From contig OZ245006.1 of the NCBI GenBank assembly GCA_965223545.1, positions 32,001 through 96,000 on the forward strand: a stretch of DNA of 64,000 nucleotides, written 5' to 3'. The notes below the pieces were generated by a model. That model saw only the letters and a list, made by a program, of their open reading frames with translations. It ran no database searches and had not been told where the DNA came from. A program made the translations under genes and the position numbers. Below, piece by piece: positions 40,482 through 50,840 of the stretch. This stretch comes from Planctomycetota bacterium. GTDB taxonomy: Bacteria; Planctomycetota; UBA1135; UBA2386. Within the stretch, counting starts at the first letter, position 1. Each line of letters begins with the position of its first letter.

Positions 40482-40595
40482 ACCGAGACTGCGGTTGCAC
40501 CGCCGCTCGCTTGCGGCGAGCCGGAACCGAATCCGGCAGGGACCGTCGTGCAGTCGCGCTACATTGCGGGCTTCCTCGTAAGCCCCCTGCCCGAT

Positions 40596-43500
40596 ATGCG
40601 CGCCACTCCAACTTCGGTCCTTCTCGCCGTGTCGATGTCCTTTGCCTTCGCGGCGTGCTCCGGGGGAGGCGGCGGCGGCACCCCCGCGCCGCGGCCGATC
40701 CAGCTCGGCGACGCGCAGGTCGGGCTCACCTCGCCGCAGGACGGCGAGGACGGGGTGGCGATCACCCGCGAGACGATTGTGCGCTTCACGGCACCGATCG
40801 ACCCGAGCACCGCCGACGACCAGTCGTTGTTCGCGACGGTCGCCGGGGCGCGGCTGCCGGCGCGCATCCACGTCGCCGCCGATCGGCGCGCCGCGACTCT
40901 GTTCTACACCGACCCGCAAGGCTTGCCGGCCGGCGCGCGCGTTCGCGTCACCGTCGACGGCGATCGCCTGCGCTCGGCCAACGGTGCTCCCGCCGATGCC
41001 GATGGGGACGGCATCACCGGCGGAATCGGCGGGTTCGAGTTCGCCACCCTCGACTTGACTGTGGTGCCGGGCACCGAGGTCTGCGGCCGCGTGCTGGCTT
41101 CGGACTTCCAGAGCGGGGTGCCGCTCGCGCCCTTGCCAGGAGTGACCGTCTCGGTCGACGGCCTTCCCGGCGCAGTGACGCGCACGGACCGCTTTGGCAA
41201 CTTCTGCTTGCGGGAGATTCCTGCAGGGCGGGTGTTCGTGCACATCGACGGCACGACGAGCACGGCGAATCCGCCGGGCTTCTACTTCCCATCGGTGGGG
41301 AAGGCTTGGGAGACCGTTGCCGGGCAACGCACTGTGGTCGGCACCGTGCATTTGCCAGCGATCGCCGAAGGCGGCCTCACCCAGGTCTCCAACAACAGCA
41401 ACACGTCGGTGTCGATCTCGTCCGCGCAGCTGCAGACGATCACCGACCCGGCGCTGCAACAGGCCTTGGCACAAGTCGTCGTCGACGTGCCGGCAGGCAG
41501 CTTGTTCAACGGCGCCAGCGGCACGCGCGGCGGCTCCGTCGGCCTCGCACCGGTGCCGAGCAACCGGCTTCCCGGGACGCTTCCGCCCGGCCTCGACCTG
41601 CCGCTCGTGATCACCGTCCAAGTGCGCGGGGGCACCGACTTCGACGAGCCCGTGCCGGTCGCGTTCCCCAACCTGGCGCCGGCGGGTGGTCAGCCGCTGC
41701 CGGCGGGGGCGAAGAGCGCGCTCTGGAGCTTCAACCACGACACCGGCCGCTTCGAGGTCGTCGGGCCGATGACCGTCAGCCAGGATGGCAAGACGATCGT
41801 CACCGACCCGGGCGTCGGTATCCGGGCACCGGGCTGGCACGGCACGCAGGCGGGCTCGGGTGGTTCGGGCTCGCCGCCCAGCGGGCCAGGCCCCAACCCG
41901 TGCACACCGTCGTTCTGGGACGTGACCAAGACCGTATACGCCGTCGCCGGGAGCTTGGCGGACTGTGCCAAGGAGCTGCTCGGCATCAAGGCGGCGCTCA
42001 ACTGCTTTCTGAGCGCCAAGGGCTTGCTCGAGGCGATGTACGCGCAGGTCAACAACCTGATCAAGCGCCTCGAAGACGGCAATCTCACCGCCGCCGAGGC
42101 GGCTGCGATCGCCAAGGAGCTGACCAAGAAGAAGAACCAAGCGGTCGGTCTGATGGGTTGCTTCGAGAACGCCGATCCCAGTGCGCGGATCAAGCAGGTC
42201 GTGGTCTGCTCGGAGGCGGCGCTGTCGATTCTCAACGAGCTGTGCAAGCTGTTCGACAAGTGCACGACCATCTGGGGCAAAGAGCAGGCCTGCAATCTGA
42301 TCGCACTGGCTCAGGGGTTGGCCGCCGAGGCCAAGGGTCTGCTCGGCATCTTCGAGGAGTACAAGAAGAAGCTGTTGATGAACGCGTTCTGCAAGGCACT
42401 CGAGCAGGCGCTCGGCCTGCTCGAGCAGTACTTGTCGCTGCCGAGCGCGCGCACGATCGGTGCCAACCCGACGCAGGAGGAGGTGCTCGCGGCGCTCGAG
42501 GCCGCCAATGCGTGGGTGCCGCAAATCAACGCGCTCGAGCCGGAGATCGCGCGCGTCAACGCCCTGCCGGCGAGCGCGCGCAGCCTGCTGCGGCAGATGA
42601 CCGACGTCAACTCGGGCATCGTCGACAGCGCCGGCGCGCCGCGGAAGGCCGAAGTTCTGTACGCGCTCTTGATGGAGAGTGATCCGGTCTCCGCGCCGCG
42701 CCGCGGCCGCACCACCACCCTGGGCACGTTCTTCGAGATCGTGCCGGCCAACCAGGTCTACAGCTTGGCGCAGTACGACCCGGCGAACGACGAGTTCGGC
42801 ATCGCCACCGGGATCTCCAGCGGAAACGGCCAGACGACGACGTTTCACACGGTCGCGCTCGACGCGGTCGACGGGCTGCCCGACACCGACGCCGATGGAC
42901 TGGTCGATCTCGCTGAATACGTGGCGGCCACCGATCCGACCAACCCGGACACCGACGGTGACGGTGAGACCGACTTCGACGAGCTCCGCGCCGGCACCAA
43001 CCCGCTGGACGGCGTCGGTACCGCGGCGGGCACCGCGGTGGCCGCCGACACACCGGGGTTGGCGTTCGACGTGTGCCTCGACGAGGGCGTCGCGGTGGTC
43101 GCCGACCAGCAGGGCGGGATCAGCGTGTTCAACGTCTACGCCGGCCTGACACCGGAGTGGATCGCGGTGGTGGACACGCCAGCGCCGGCGCTGCGCGTGG
43201 CCTGCTCGGAAGGGCTCGCGATTGCGGCGATGGGGGCGGCGGGGGCCGCGATCGTCGACCTGCGGCAGCTGCCCGACGCGGCGATCCTGCACGAGGTCGG
43301 CGGCCGCGACATCGGGGCGGTCGACGCCGCCGCTGGTGTCGCCTACACCGCGGGCAGCGGCGGAGACGTGCGCGCTTGGGACCTGCGCAGCGGCCAGCTG
43401 CTCGCCGAAGTCTCGGTCGGCCACTCGGTCGGGGACTTGGCGGTACAAGGCGAGTACGTCTATGCGCTTGGTTCGGCGCAGCTGACGGCGGTGCACCTCG

Positions 43501-45131
43501 GCGACGGCACGCTGTCGGTCGCGAGCACGACGACCGTGTCCCTGGGCCTGCGGAACGAACGCGTCGCCGCCGCCGGCGATTGTCTACTGGTCGCCCACGC
43601 CCTCGGCTACGCCACCCTCGATGTCACCGTTGACCCGGCCAATCCCGGTGCCCCGGTACCGACGTCGACGACTCAGCGTGGCTGGCGCGACGCCGTGCTC
43701 GATGGCTCGGGGTTCTTGCTGGCGGCGGCGAGCGTCAACGTCTCACCCGCGCCGAGCACGGACCACGTGTACCTGCACCGCCTGCCGGACTGCAGCATGC
43801 CCGGCACGTTCTCGCGCTTCTTCGGCACGCCGGGCATCGCCCGCGCCGTGCAGAGCTACGAGGGCTTGGCCTACGTCGCCGATGACAGCGTCGGCCTGCG
43901 CGTCGTGCGCTACCTCGACCCCGACGTCGGCGGCGAAGCGCCGGAGATCACCTTGACCACCAACGCCCCGGCCGCCGGCATCGAGGAGGGAACCCGCGCC
44001 GTGGTGCGCGCGCAAGTCAGCGACGACGTCCAGGTGCGGAACGTCGACCTCTGGGTCGGCGGCACCCTGGTCGCGACCGATGGCACGTTCCCGTTCGAGA
44101 CCTCGTTCGTCGTGCCGCGGGCGGCGCAGCAGAGCAGCGTGCAGCTGACGGCGCGCGCGCACGACACGGCTGGCAACACGGCGGACGCGACTCCGGTCGA
44201 CCTCATCGTGCTGCCGGACACGACGCCACCAGCGGTGTTGGCGACGCGACCGAGCGACGGCGGCTTCGTCGCCACCGGCGTCGCGCCGTCGATCACCGTC
44301 CGGTTCTCCGAGAACCTCGAGGCGAGCACCGTGACGGCGGATGCGCTGCGCGTGGAGGACGACCAGCAGAACCGACTCCCGGTGGGAGCGGTCTCGTGGC
44401 TGCCGACGATGCGGACCGCGACTTGGACGCTGTCGGCGCCGCTCGACCCCGGCGCCTACACAGCGATCCTCACCAACCGCATCGAGGACGTCGCCGGCAA
44501 CCCGCTGACGCCGCTGAGCTGGGACTTCACCACCGTCGATGGCCGCCTGGTCGTGAGCCACGACGAGTGGACCTTGAGTCCGTCGGGCTTCTCGGCGTCC
44601 GCGACTACGCAAACGTTCGCCGAGAACGTGGCCGACTTCTTCACAGGAGGAGCCAGTGGCAACTTCCTGGTCTACACCGGCAACTTCGGCCTCAACAACA
44701 GCTCGTTCACGGGCGCGTTGACCGCCGCCGGCCACACCGTCACCGTCGATCGCAGCATGCCGTTCACAGCGTCCCTGCTGCAGAACTACGACGGCGTCTT
44801 CCTCGCCTACGATGGCGGTACTCCGCTCGACCCGCAGATCTTGGCCGACTACGTCGCCGGCGGCGGCGGGGTCTACATCGCGGGTGGCACCGGCAGTGGC
44901 GGTGCCGCCGGTGAGGCCGCCGCCTGGAACCCGTTCCTCGACCGCTTCGGCATCGCCTTCGAGTCCCGCTACAACGGAATCGGCGGTACCCGTCCCGTGT
45001 CCAGCACGCACGCCGTGTTTGCCGGAGTGACGAATCTCTACCAGGGCAACGGGGCGACGCTCGTGCCGGTCTCGCAGCCGACGATCGCGACCATCGTCGA
45101 GGGCGGGTTGTACGCGGTGTTCCCGAACTGA
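40596..45131 (+). CDS. Very large multidomain surface lipoprotein (Ig-like, carboxypeptidase-like, helical Cys-rich, DxDxDG Ca-binding, LVIVD-like propeller, Ig-like, C-terminal alpha/beta domain)
   Basis: Lipobox FAAC followed by SGGGGG; TSP.DG...V..ETIVRF and P.V..TRP.DG...ITVRFSE (Big_5-like); DTDADG/DTDGDG; DTPG.A..V...G.AYVAD...G repeats. Confidence 0.85.
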   Translation: MRATPTSVLLAVSMSFAFAACSGGGGGGTPAPRPIQLGDAQVGLTSPQDGEDGVAITRETIVRFTAPIDPSTADDQSLFATVAGARLPARIHVAADRRAATLFYTDPQGLPAGARVRVTVDGDRLRSANGAPADADGDGITGGIGGFEFATLDLTVVPGTEVCGRVLASDFQSGVPLAPLPGVTVSVDGLPGAVTRTDRFGNFCLREIPAGRVFVHIDGTTSTANPPGFYFPSVGKAWETVAGQRTVVGTVHLPAIAEGGLTQVSNNSNTSVSISSAQLQTITDPALQQALAQVVVDVPAGSLFNGASGTRGGSVGLAPVPSNRLPGTLPPGLDLPLVITVQVRGGTDFDEPVPVAFPNLAPAGGQPLPAGAKSALWSFNHDTGRFEVVGPMTVSQDGKTIVTDPGVGIRAPGWHGTQAGSGGSGSPPSGPGPNPCTPSFWDVTKTVYAVAGSLADCAKELLGIKAALNCFLSAKGLLEAMYAQVNNLIKRLEDGNLTAAEAAAIAKELTKKKNQAVGLMGCFENADPSARIKQVVVCSEAALSILNELCKLFDKCTTIWGKEQACNLIALAQGLAAEAKGLLGIFEEYKKKLLMNAFCKALEQALGLLEQYLSLPSARTIGANPTQEEVLAALEAANAWVPQINALEPEIARVNALPASARSLLRQMTDVNSGIVDSAGAPRKAEVLYALLMESDPVSAPRRGRTTTLGTFFEIVPANQVYSLAQYDPANDEFGIATGISSGNGQTTTFHTVALDAVDGLPDTDADGLVDLAEYVAATDPTNPDTDGDGETDFDELRAGTNPLDGVGTAAGTAVAADTPGLAFDVCLDEGVAVVADQQGGISVFNVYAGLTPEWIAVVDTPAPALRVACSEGLAIAAMGAAGAAIVDLRQLPDAAILHEVGGRDIGAVDAAAGVAYTAGSGGDVRAWDLRSGQLLAEVSVGHSVGDLAVQGEYVYALGSAQLTAVHLGDGTLSVASTTTVSLGLRNERVAAAGDCLLVAHALGYATLDVTVDPANPGAPVPTSTTQRGWRDAVLDGSGFLLAAASVNVSPAPSTDHVYLHRLPDCSMPGTFSRFFGTPGIARAVQSYEGLAYVADDSVGLRVVRYLDPDVGGEAPEITLTTNAPAAGIEEGTRAVVRAQVSDDVQVRNVDLWVGGTLVATDGTFPFETSFVVPRAAQQSSVQLTARAHDTAGNTADATPVDLIVLPDTTPPAVLATRPSDGGFVATGVAPSITVRFSENLEASTVTADALRVEDDQQNRLPVGAVSWLPTMRTATWTLSAPLDPGAYTAILTNRIEDVAGNPLTPLSWDFTTVDGRLVVSHDEWTLSPSGFSASATTQTFAENVADFFTGGASGNFLVYTGNFGLNNSSFTGALTAAGHTVTVDRSMPFTASLLQNYDGVFLAYDGGTPLDPQILADYVAGGGGVYIAGGTGSGGAAGEAAAWNPFLDRFGIAFESRYNGIGGTRPVSSTHAVFAGVTNLYQGNGATLVPVSQPTIATIVEGGLYAVFPN

Positions 45132-45134
45132 GCG

Positions 45135-45503
45135 ATGGGGCGGAGCGCGACGCGACCGGGTTCGGTGGCGCGGAGCGGCCCCGCGCCGAGGCCTGCCGTG
45201 CTCTGCATCGCCCTCGCGTTGATCCTCGACATCGCGGCACTCACCCATGGGCTGATCCTGGTTTGGCTGGTGCTCAGCATCAATCGCCGTGATGCGTTGT
45301 ACTGGGACCCGTACTGGGCAGGCGGCGAGATGCATGCCTCGCTGGATGACATCCAGAACGGCGAGGCGCCCGTGTTGCTGTTTCTCGCGGTCACGTTCGC
45401 GCTCGCCGCCGTGGCGGCGGCGTTGGTCTGGCTGCCGCTCTTGACGAGCTGTTGGCAAATGCCACCGCGCGCGTTCTGCAGCGGCTCGGACTCTGGTCAG
45501 TGA
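45135..45503 (+). CDS. Small hypothetical membrane protein
   Basis: ATG 3 nt after the lipoprotein stop; two or three hydrophobic segments; overlaps the convergent gene by 7 bp. Confidence 0.45.
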   Translation: MGRSATRPGSVARSGPAPRPAVLCIALALILDIAALTHGLILVWLVLSINRRDALYWDPYWAGGEMHASLDDIQNGEAPVLLFLAVTFALAAVAAALVWLPLLTSCWQMPPRAFCSGSDSGQ

Positions 45504-47692
45504 CCGATGCGTACCGCTATGCCGCCGGTGAGCGCGAGGCCTTGCCACGCGCCGAGCGGATCGACCACGACGCCTTGCGCCCAAAAGCCGATGCCGGCGG
45601 TGCCGAGAGGGACCGGCAGCGCGAAGTCCACCGCACCCGCGGGGTTGGTGGTGCTCAGCAGGCTCGCGAACGCGGCGGTGGGCTCGAGGCGCAGCACACA
45701 GCCGGCACCGAGCGCGATCATTGCCGGCGTCGTCGAGAGCACCAAGCCCGCGGTGGCGCTGGGTCTGGCAGAGACCATGGCCACGCCAAACCCCGGATTT
45801 CCCGGCCACGGTGCGCCGATCCAGCCCAGCGAGGGCTGGCCAGCGGTACCGGCACAACCGGACCCGAGCGCCGACACGCCTCCGGCTAGGTCGGCGCCGT
45901 ACACCCACGTGTCCGCCAGTCGGCGCGTGGTGTAGCCGAGGTTCTCCTCGCCGCCGAACAACACGATGCGGCCAATCGCGGCATTCCAAACCAGCGCGTG
46001 CCCGACGCGGGCGCCGGGGCCCGACGCCAGCGGCACGCGCCGCCATTCGAGTCCGTCGTATTCCCACGTCACGTCCGAGTACGGGCGATCAGAGAACATC
46101 ACGACGACGCCAAGGGTCGGGTCGTAGGCCATTGGCCCGGCGGCCGGCGGGGCATTCTGCGGTCGGCGGCGCGCCCAGTCGGCGCCGTCCCACTCCCAAG
46201 TCTGGCCCGCACCAAACACCACCGTGACCGCCCGACGAACATCGAAGGCCGCGGTGCCGAACTGCAGAGCCGGCACGGTCGCCGGCGCCTTTCGCTGCCA
46301 GGTCGCGCCGTCCCATTCCCACGTGTCGTTGAACGTTGCGGTGTTGTCCCAGCCACCGAACAGAACAGTGCGCGCGCGGATCGAGTCGTAGGCGACCGCG
46401 GCCGCACTGCGCGGAGAAGGACTGGCGGCCGGCGGGGGGCGCGTCCAGCGATTGCCGTCCCAGAGCCAGGTGTCCCCAAGGGGGCGTAGATTCGCATCTT
46501 GTCCACCGAACACGAGCACGCGCTGCCCGGCACCGTCGTAGACCATCGCGTGGTGGATGCGCGCTTGCGGTCGCACCGCGGTGGGGCGCGACGTCCAGCG
46601 CACGCCGTCCCATTCCCAAGTGTCGTCCAAGGCCGGGAAGTCCCATCCACCGAACAGGACCGTGCGCTGCCGCGCCACGTCGTGCGCCAGCCCGTGGAAC
46701 TCGCGGGGCGCGGGACGCTCACCCGCGCTGCGCTCGGCCCAGTCCACGCCATCCCACTCCCAAACCCCGGCGTTGTCCGGCGCGCCCAGCGAAGTACCAC
46801 CGCCAACGAGGACGATGCGCTGGCGGCGCGGGTCGAACACCATCCGGTGCAGCCGCCCCGACGGGGCGGGAGTCGCCGGCGTCGCGCGCGTCCAGTCGGT
46901 CCCGTCCCACTCCCACGTGTCGACCAACGCCGTCGCCCCGCCGACCATCACGACGCGCTGGCGAGTTGGGTCGTAGGCCATCGCATGTTCGGCGCGCGCC
47001 GGCGGCACGTTGGCTGGAAAGCGCTCGTGCCAGTTTGCGCCATCCCATTCCCACGTGTCTGACAAGAGGCCAAGCTGCGGGTCGTAGCCCCCGAACAACA
47101 CGACTTGCCGGCGGACGGCATCCCACGCCAGATCGCCGACGCGACGGCCACTGCCGGGAGGGCTGGTGGTGGGGGTCCGCCGCAGCCAATCGGCGCCGTC
47201 CCATTCCCAAGTCTGCCCGCGCCCGACCAGCACGACGCGCTGCCGAGCGCCGTCGTAGGCCATGGGTGCCGCGAACGGCGCTGGTGTCGGTGGAGTTCGC
47301 TGCAGCCACGCGACCCCGTCCCACTCCCAGGTCTCGGTGTTGCCGCCGTTCACCGCGGCCAGCAGGAGTACGCGTGCGCGCCCGGCGTCGCCCACGGCGT
47401 GGATGGTCAGCGGACTGAGCGGAGCCATTGCCGATGAGCGTGTCGACCAGCGCGTCCCGTCCCACTCCCAGGTCTCGAGCTCAACGGGGCCGAGGACCCC
47501 GACGGGGTACTGCAGTGCGAGCGTGCGTTGCCGCGCCGCGTCGTGGGCGAGGGCGAGCGACCAAGCACTGCCCTGGGCGGGCCGATAGGTCCAGGCGGTC
47601 TGGCTCGTCGCGCGGTCGCCGGACACCGATGCGAACAAGATAGGTAGGCCAGCGAGAAGAAGGGGGCTGGTGCGCATGGAGGGCCTCGCCAC
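45497..47692 (-). CDS. Secreted Kelch-like beta-propeller protein (about 12 TWEWDG blades) with C-terminal candidate sorting domain
   Basis: Signal peptide; repeats of hAYD..R.R.VLFGG....DTWEWDG..W. Confidence 0.9.
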   Translation of the reverse strand: MARPSMRTSPLLLAGLPILFASVSGDRATSQTAWTYRPAQGSAWSLALAHDAARQRTLALQYPVGVLGPVELETWEWDGTRWSTRSSAMAPLSPLTIHAVGDAGRARVLLLAAVNGGNTETWEWDGVAWLQRTPPTPAPFAAPMAYDGARQRVVLVGRGQTWEWDGADWLRRTPTTSPPGSGRRVGDLAWDAVRRQVVLFGGYDPQLGLLSDTWEWDGANWHERFPANVPPARAEHAMAYDPTRQRVVMVGGATALVDTWEWDGTDWTRATPATPAPSGRLHRMVFDPRRQRIVLVGGGTSLGAPDNAGVWEWDGVDWAERSAGERPAPREFHGLAHDVARQRTVLFGGWDFPALDDTWEWDGVRWTSRPTAVRPQARIHHAMVYDGAGQRVLVFGGQDANLRPLGDTWLWDGNRWTRPPPAASPSPRSAAAVAYDSIRARTVLFGGWDNTATFNDTWEWDGATWQRKAPATVPALQFGTAAFDVRRAVTVVFGAGQTWEWDGADWARRRPQNAPPAAGPMAYDPTLGVVVMFSDRPYSDVTWEYDGLEWRRVPLASGPGARVGHALVWNAAIGRIVLFGGEENLGYTTRRLADTWVYGADLAGGVSALGSGCAGTAGQPSLGWIGAPWPGNPGFGVAMVSARPSATAGLVLSTTPAMIALGAGCVLRLEPTAAFASLLSTTNPAGAVDFALPVPLGTAGIGFWAQGVVVDPLGAWQGLALTGGIAVRIGH

Positions 47693-47704
47693 GGGGAGCG
47701 TGTT

Positions 47705-50371
47705 CTACCGGATGATCACATCGGTCGTCGTGTTCGTCAGTCGCGCTTGCAACGGGTACGGAACCACGACCGCCTGGGCGTGGATCGTCTTTCCCGCCAG
47801 CGCAGGCAGAGTCGGGACAGTGAAGGCGATCGACCCCACTCCGCTCAGGGGCGCGATCAGGAACGGCGGCAAGACCAAAGTTCGAGCCGGCGCCAGACCG
47901 ACGGTCCCGAGCGGAGGTAGGGGGATGGAAGCCGCCGCCGTGGAAACGAAGGGAAGGGCCAGGTCGACGGTTCCCGGCGGACCGCGGCGCGCGTAGACAT
48001 CGAGCCGATACAGGTGGCCAAGACGGGGGACCAGAGGCACGTCGAGTTGACGAGTCAGGTTGGTGTAGAGGCGGTCGGCGCCGTACGCGCCGAACACGAC
48101 GTCCAGGTCCGCGTCGCCATCCACGTCACCGATCGCGAGACAGACGCTTTCGTCATCGCCGGGCATGTACGCAGAGGTCGCGTCGACGAACGTGCCCGCG
48201 CCATCATTCAATAGCAGTCGGTTTGGCATCGGTGGTGACAGGTATGCGATCTTCGCGTTCCCGAACACGATGTCGAGGTCACCGTACGCGTCGACGTCAG
48301 CCAGCGCCACACCGCTTGTAGCGTCCGCGCTCACCGGTAATCGGAGCGCGGTGGCTTCGGAGTAGACGCCGGCGCCATCGTTCAGGTAGAGGCGGTCGGG
48401 CTCCGTGGAGAAGTAGCGCGTGAGGCCATTCGCGATCACGAGGTCGAGATCTCCATCGCTGTCGACATCTCCCAAAGCCAAGGACGTGGTTGGGTCGGAA
48501 ACGCTCGGCATCCGCATCGAGGTCGCATCGAAGTAACCACCAGCACCATCGTTGATGTAGAGGCGGTTCTGCCCTCCGAGTGGCAGCGGCGAGTTGCCGA
48601 TGATTGCGTCGAGATCGCCGTCTCCGTCGACATCACCCAACACAACGGCGTTGGTGCTGTCGCCATCGGCGGGAAAGCGAGCTGCCGTCGCATCTTGGAA
48701 CGTGCCCGCGCCATCGTTGATGTACAAGCGGTTCTGGCCAGAGTTTCCAATCACGAGGTCCAAGTCGCCGTCGCGATCGATGTCGCCGAGAGCGACGGCC
48801 GACGTGAGGTCACTGTCGCTCGGCATCCGAATCCCGGTGAGGTCGGCGAATTTGCCGGTGCCGTCATTCACCAGGAGCCGGTTCTGCGAGGCGTAGTTGC
48901 CCAAGAGAAGATCGAGGTCGCCATCACCGTCGATATCGCCGAGTGCCGCCGTGGTCGTCCGATCGTCGCCGGAAGGCAGGCTGCGGAGTGATTGGTCGGT
49001 GAACGCACCGTCGCCAGAGTTGACGTACACGCGGTTTGGCTGCGGCGCCGGCCCGTTCCCGACGACGAGGTCCAGGTCGCGATCCCCGTCGATGTCTCCG
49101 AGCAAAATGGTAGTCGTATCGTCCTGACTCGCGGGAATACGTGCCCCGGTCGCTTCGGTGAAAGCCCCGCTACCTCCGTTGAAGCAAAGTCGATTCTGCT
49201 GGTAGAGGTTGCCGAAGATCGCGTCGAGATCTCCGTCCCCATCTACATCACCGAGGGCTGCTGCCAGGCTGACATCTCCTCCTGCAGGCACGTTCGGGGC
49301 CGTGGCGTCTCGGTAAGTGCCAGCGCCGTCGTTGATGTACAGCCGGTTCTGGCCCGGGACCAGATACACGGATCCGATCGCGAACAGGATGTCGAGGTCG
49401 TTGTCGCCGTCGACATCCCCGAACGCGATCGACCACGAGCTGTCGTTGTCTCTGGGGAGTCGAGCAGTGGCATCCCGAAAAACCCCAGAGCCATCGTTGA
49501 GATAGAGTTGGTCTTGCGCGGGCAGCACGCCAAACGGATCGATGGCGTTGCCGAAGACCGCGTCCAGGTCGTTGTCGCCGTCGACATCTCCTAGGGCGAC
49601 GGACACGATCTGCTGGGCAGATCGAGGCATACTCGTCCCCGTGGTGTCGACGAAGGTGCCGGAGCCGTCGTTGCGGTAGACCAGACTGTGCGACAGGTTC
49701 TTGCCGAGGACGACGTCCAAGTCGCCGTCACCGTCGATATCGCCGAGCGCCACGGCCACGATGTCGTGCTGCCCCCCGGGCATGCGTTGCGCGGTGGCGT
49801 CGATGTAGGTTCCGGTGCCGTCATTGACGAGGAGTCGAGCACCTACAGTGTCCCCGAAGACCGCGTCCAGATCTCCGTCGGCGTCTACATCACCGAGCGC
49901 AACGACCTCACTGCTGTAGAACGCGCGTGGCATCCGGGTGCCGGTGGCCTCCGCGAAGCGCCCGCTGCCGTCGTTGAGCCATAGTCGGTCCTGTCCCGCA
50001 ACCGCCAGCATGATGTCCAGGTCGTTGTCTCCATCGACGTCACCGAGAGCGACCCCGTAAACGCGATCGGAGAAAGTCGGCAGGTTCGGGGTCGCGTCGA
50101 TAAAGATGCCGGTGCTGTCATTGAGGGACAAACGGCTTTGCGCGTAGTAGTTCGCAAACACCACGTCAAGGTCCCCGTCGCCATCGACATCGCCTAGGGC
50201 AACCCCGAGTGTAGGGTCTACATCGGCCGGCAACCCTTGGCCGCGGAGTTCCTCAAACAGGCGCTGGGCCGGACCGCACATCGCGAGCATTCCCACTGAG
50301 ATCGCGATCGTTGCGAGTTGGACGAGAGCTCGGTCGAGGAGTCTGCAAACCGATCGTACGAGGATGCGCAT
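47705..50371 (-). CDS. Secreted FG-GAP/VCBS repeat protein (14 GDhDGDGDLD repeats) with C-terminal candidate sorting domain
   Basis: 14 counted Ca-binding repeats, each followed by RLYhNDG.G.F.D; signal-like N-terminus; start is uncertain. Confidence 0.9.
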   Translation of the reverse strand: MRILVRSVCRLLDRALVQLATIAISVGMLAMCGPAQRLFEELRGQGLPADVDPTLGVALGDVDGDGDLDVVFANYYAQSRLSLNDSTGIFIDATPNLPTFSDRVYGVALGDVDGDNDLDIMLAVAGQDRLWLNDGSGRFAEATGTRMPRAFYSSEVVALGDVDADGDLDAVFGDTVGARLLVNDGTGTYIDATAQRMPGGQHDIVAVALGDIDGDGDLDVVLGKNLSHSLVYRNDGSGTFVDTTGTSMPRSAQQIVSVALGDVDGDNDLDAVFGNAIDPFGVLPAQDQLYLNDGSGVFRDATARLPRDNDSSWSIAFGDVDGDNDLDILFAIGSVYLVPGQNRLYINDGAGTYRDATAPNVPAGGDVSLAAALGDVDGDGDLDAIFGNLYQQNRLCFNGGSGAFTEATGARIPASQDDTTTILLGDIDGDRDLDLVVGNGPAPQPNRVYVNSGDGAFTDQSLRSLPSGDDRTTTAALGDIDGDGDLDLLLGNYASQNRLLVNDGTGKFADLTGIRMPSDSDLTSAVALGDIDRDGDLDLVIGNSGQNRLYINDGAGTFQDATAARFPADGDSTNAVVLGDVDGDGDLDAIIGNSPLPLGGQNRLYINDGAGGYFDATSMRMPSVSDPTTSLALGDVDSDGDLDLVIANGLTRYFSTEPDRLYLNDGAGVYSEATALRLPVSADATSGVALADVDAYGDLDIVFGNAKIAYLSPPMPNRLLLNDGAGTFVDATSAYMPGDDESVCLAIGDVDGDADLDVVFGAYGADRLYTNLTRQLDVPLVPRLGHLYRLDVYARRGPPGTVDLALPFVSTAAASIPLPPLGTVGLAPARTLVLPPFLIAPLSGVGSIAFTVPTLPALAGKTIHAQAVVVPYPLQARLTNTTTDVIIR

Positions 50372-50720
50372 GGCGTCGACCGCCGCTGGTACACTGATCG
50401 CCCACCACAGTATCACAGTTGGGGCCCGCGCCACCGGCGCGGTGGCTCGAGCCCGCCTGCGAGCACGACCTGCAACGACACCCTGGCATACTGGCCGCTC
50501 AGGAGCGAGCGAGCTCGATGGGAGCCGGCACTCTTGCGGCGTCAACGCCATCGTGTGTGTGGAAGATCACCAGGCTCTTTGCCATCGGGCGGAGAATCAC
50601 CGCGTAGGTCTCGCGGGGAGTTCCGGCTCTTCCAGCGGTTGCGTCGTGACCAGAAAGCCGATGGTCACGGGGCGCTGCCGTGCCGCGTCCCGGGCACCGG
50701 ATTCGAGAAAAGACGAAGTC

Positions 50721-50772
50721 GGCCAGGATTTCCTGGGGGATCGGGGGCCGGCTCCGATTCTCGCCTGCATGC
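50721..50772 (+). promoter_or_regulatory. Copy A of a 52-bp direct repeat (candidate ECF-dependent promoter)
   Basis: 43/52 identical, ungapped, to 54908-54959; ends CCGATTCTCGCCTGCATGC. Confidence 0.6.
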
Positions 50773-50840
50773 AGACCCAACCTCGTCAGATTGGAGCCCT
50801 CGTGGCCGTCCTCCTCGGCACCGCGCTGGGCCTGCTGGCC

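Noticed and set aside
45497..50371. Periodic DNA repeats (TCCCACTCCCA, GTCGCCGTCGACATC) as a CRISPR array or DGR
   Set aside because: They are codon-level echoes of Kelch and FG-GAP protein repeats; no identical repeats with unique spacers, no cas genes and no reverse transcriptase.
50372..50720. Small ORFs in the gap between the FG-GAP gene and the sigma gene
   Set aside because: No recognisable motif, RBS or host-like codon pattern; may be decayed sequence.
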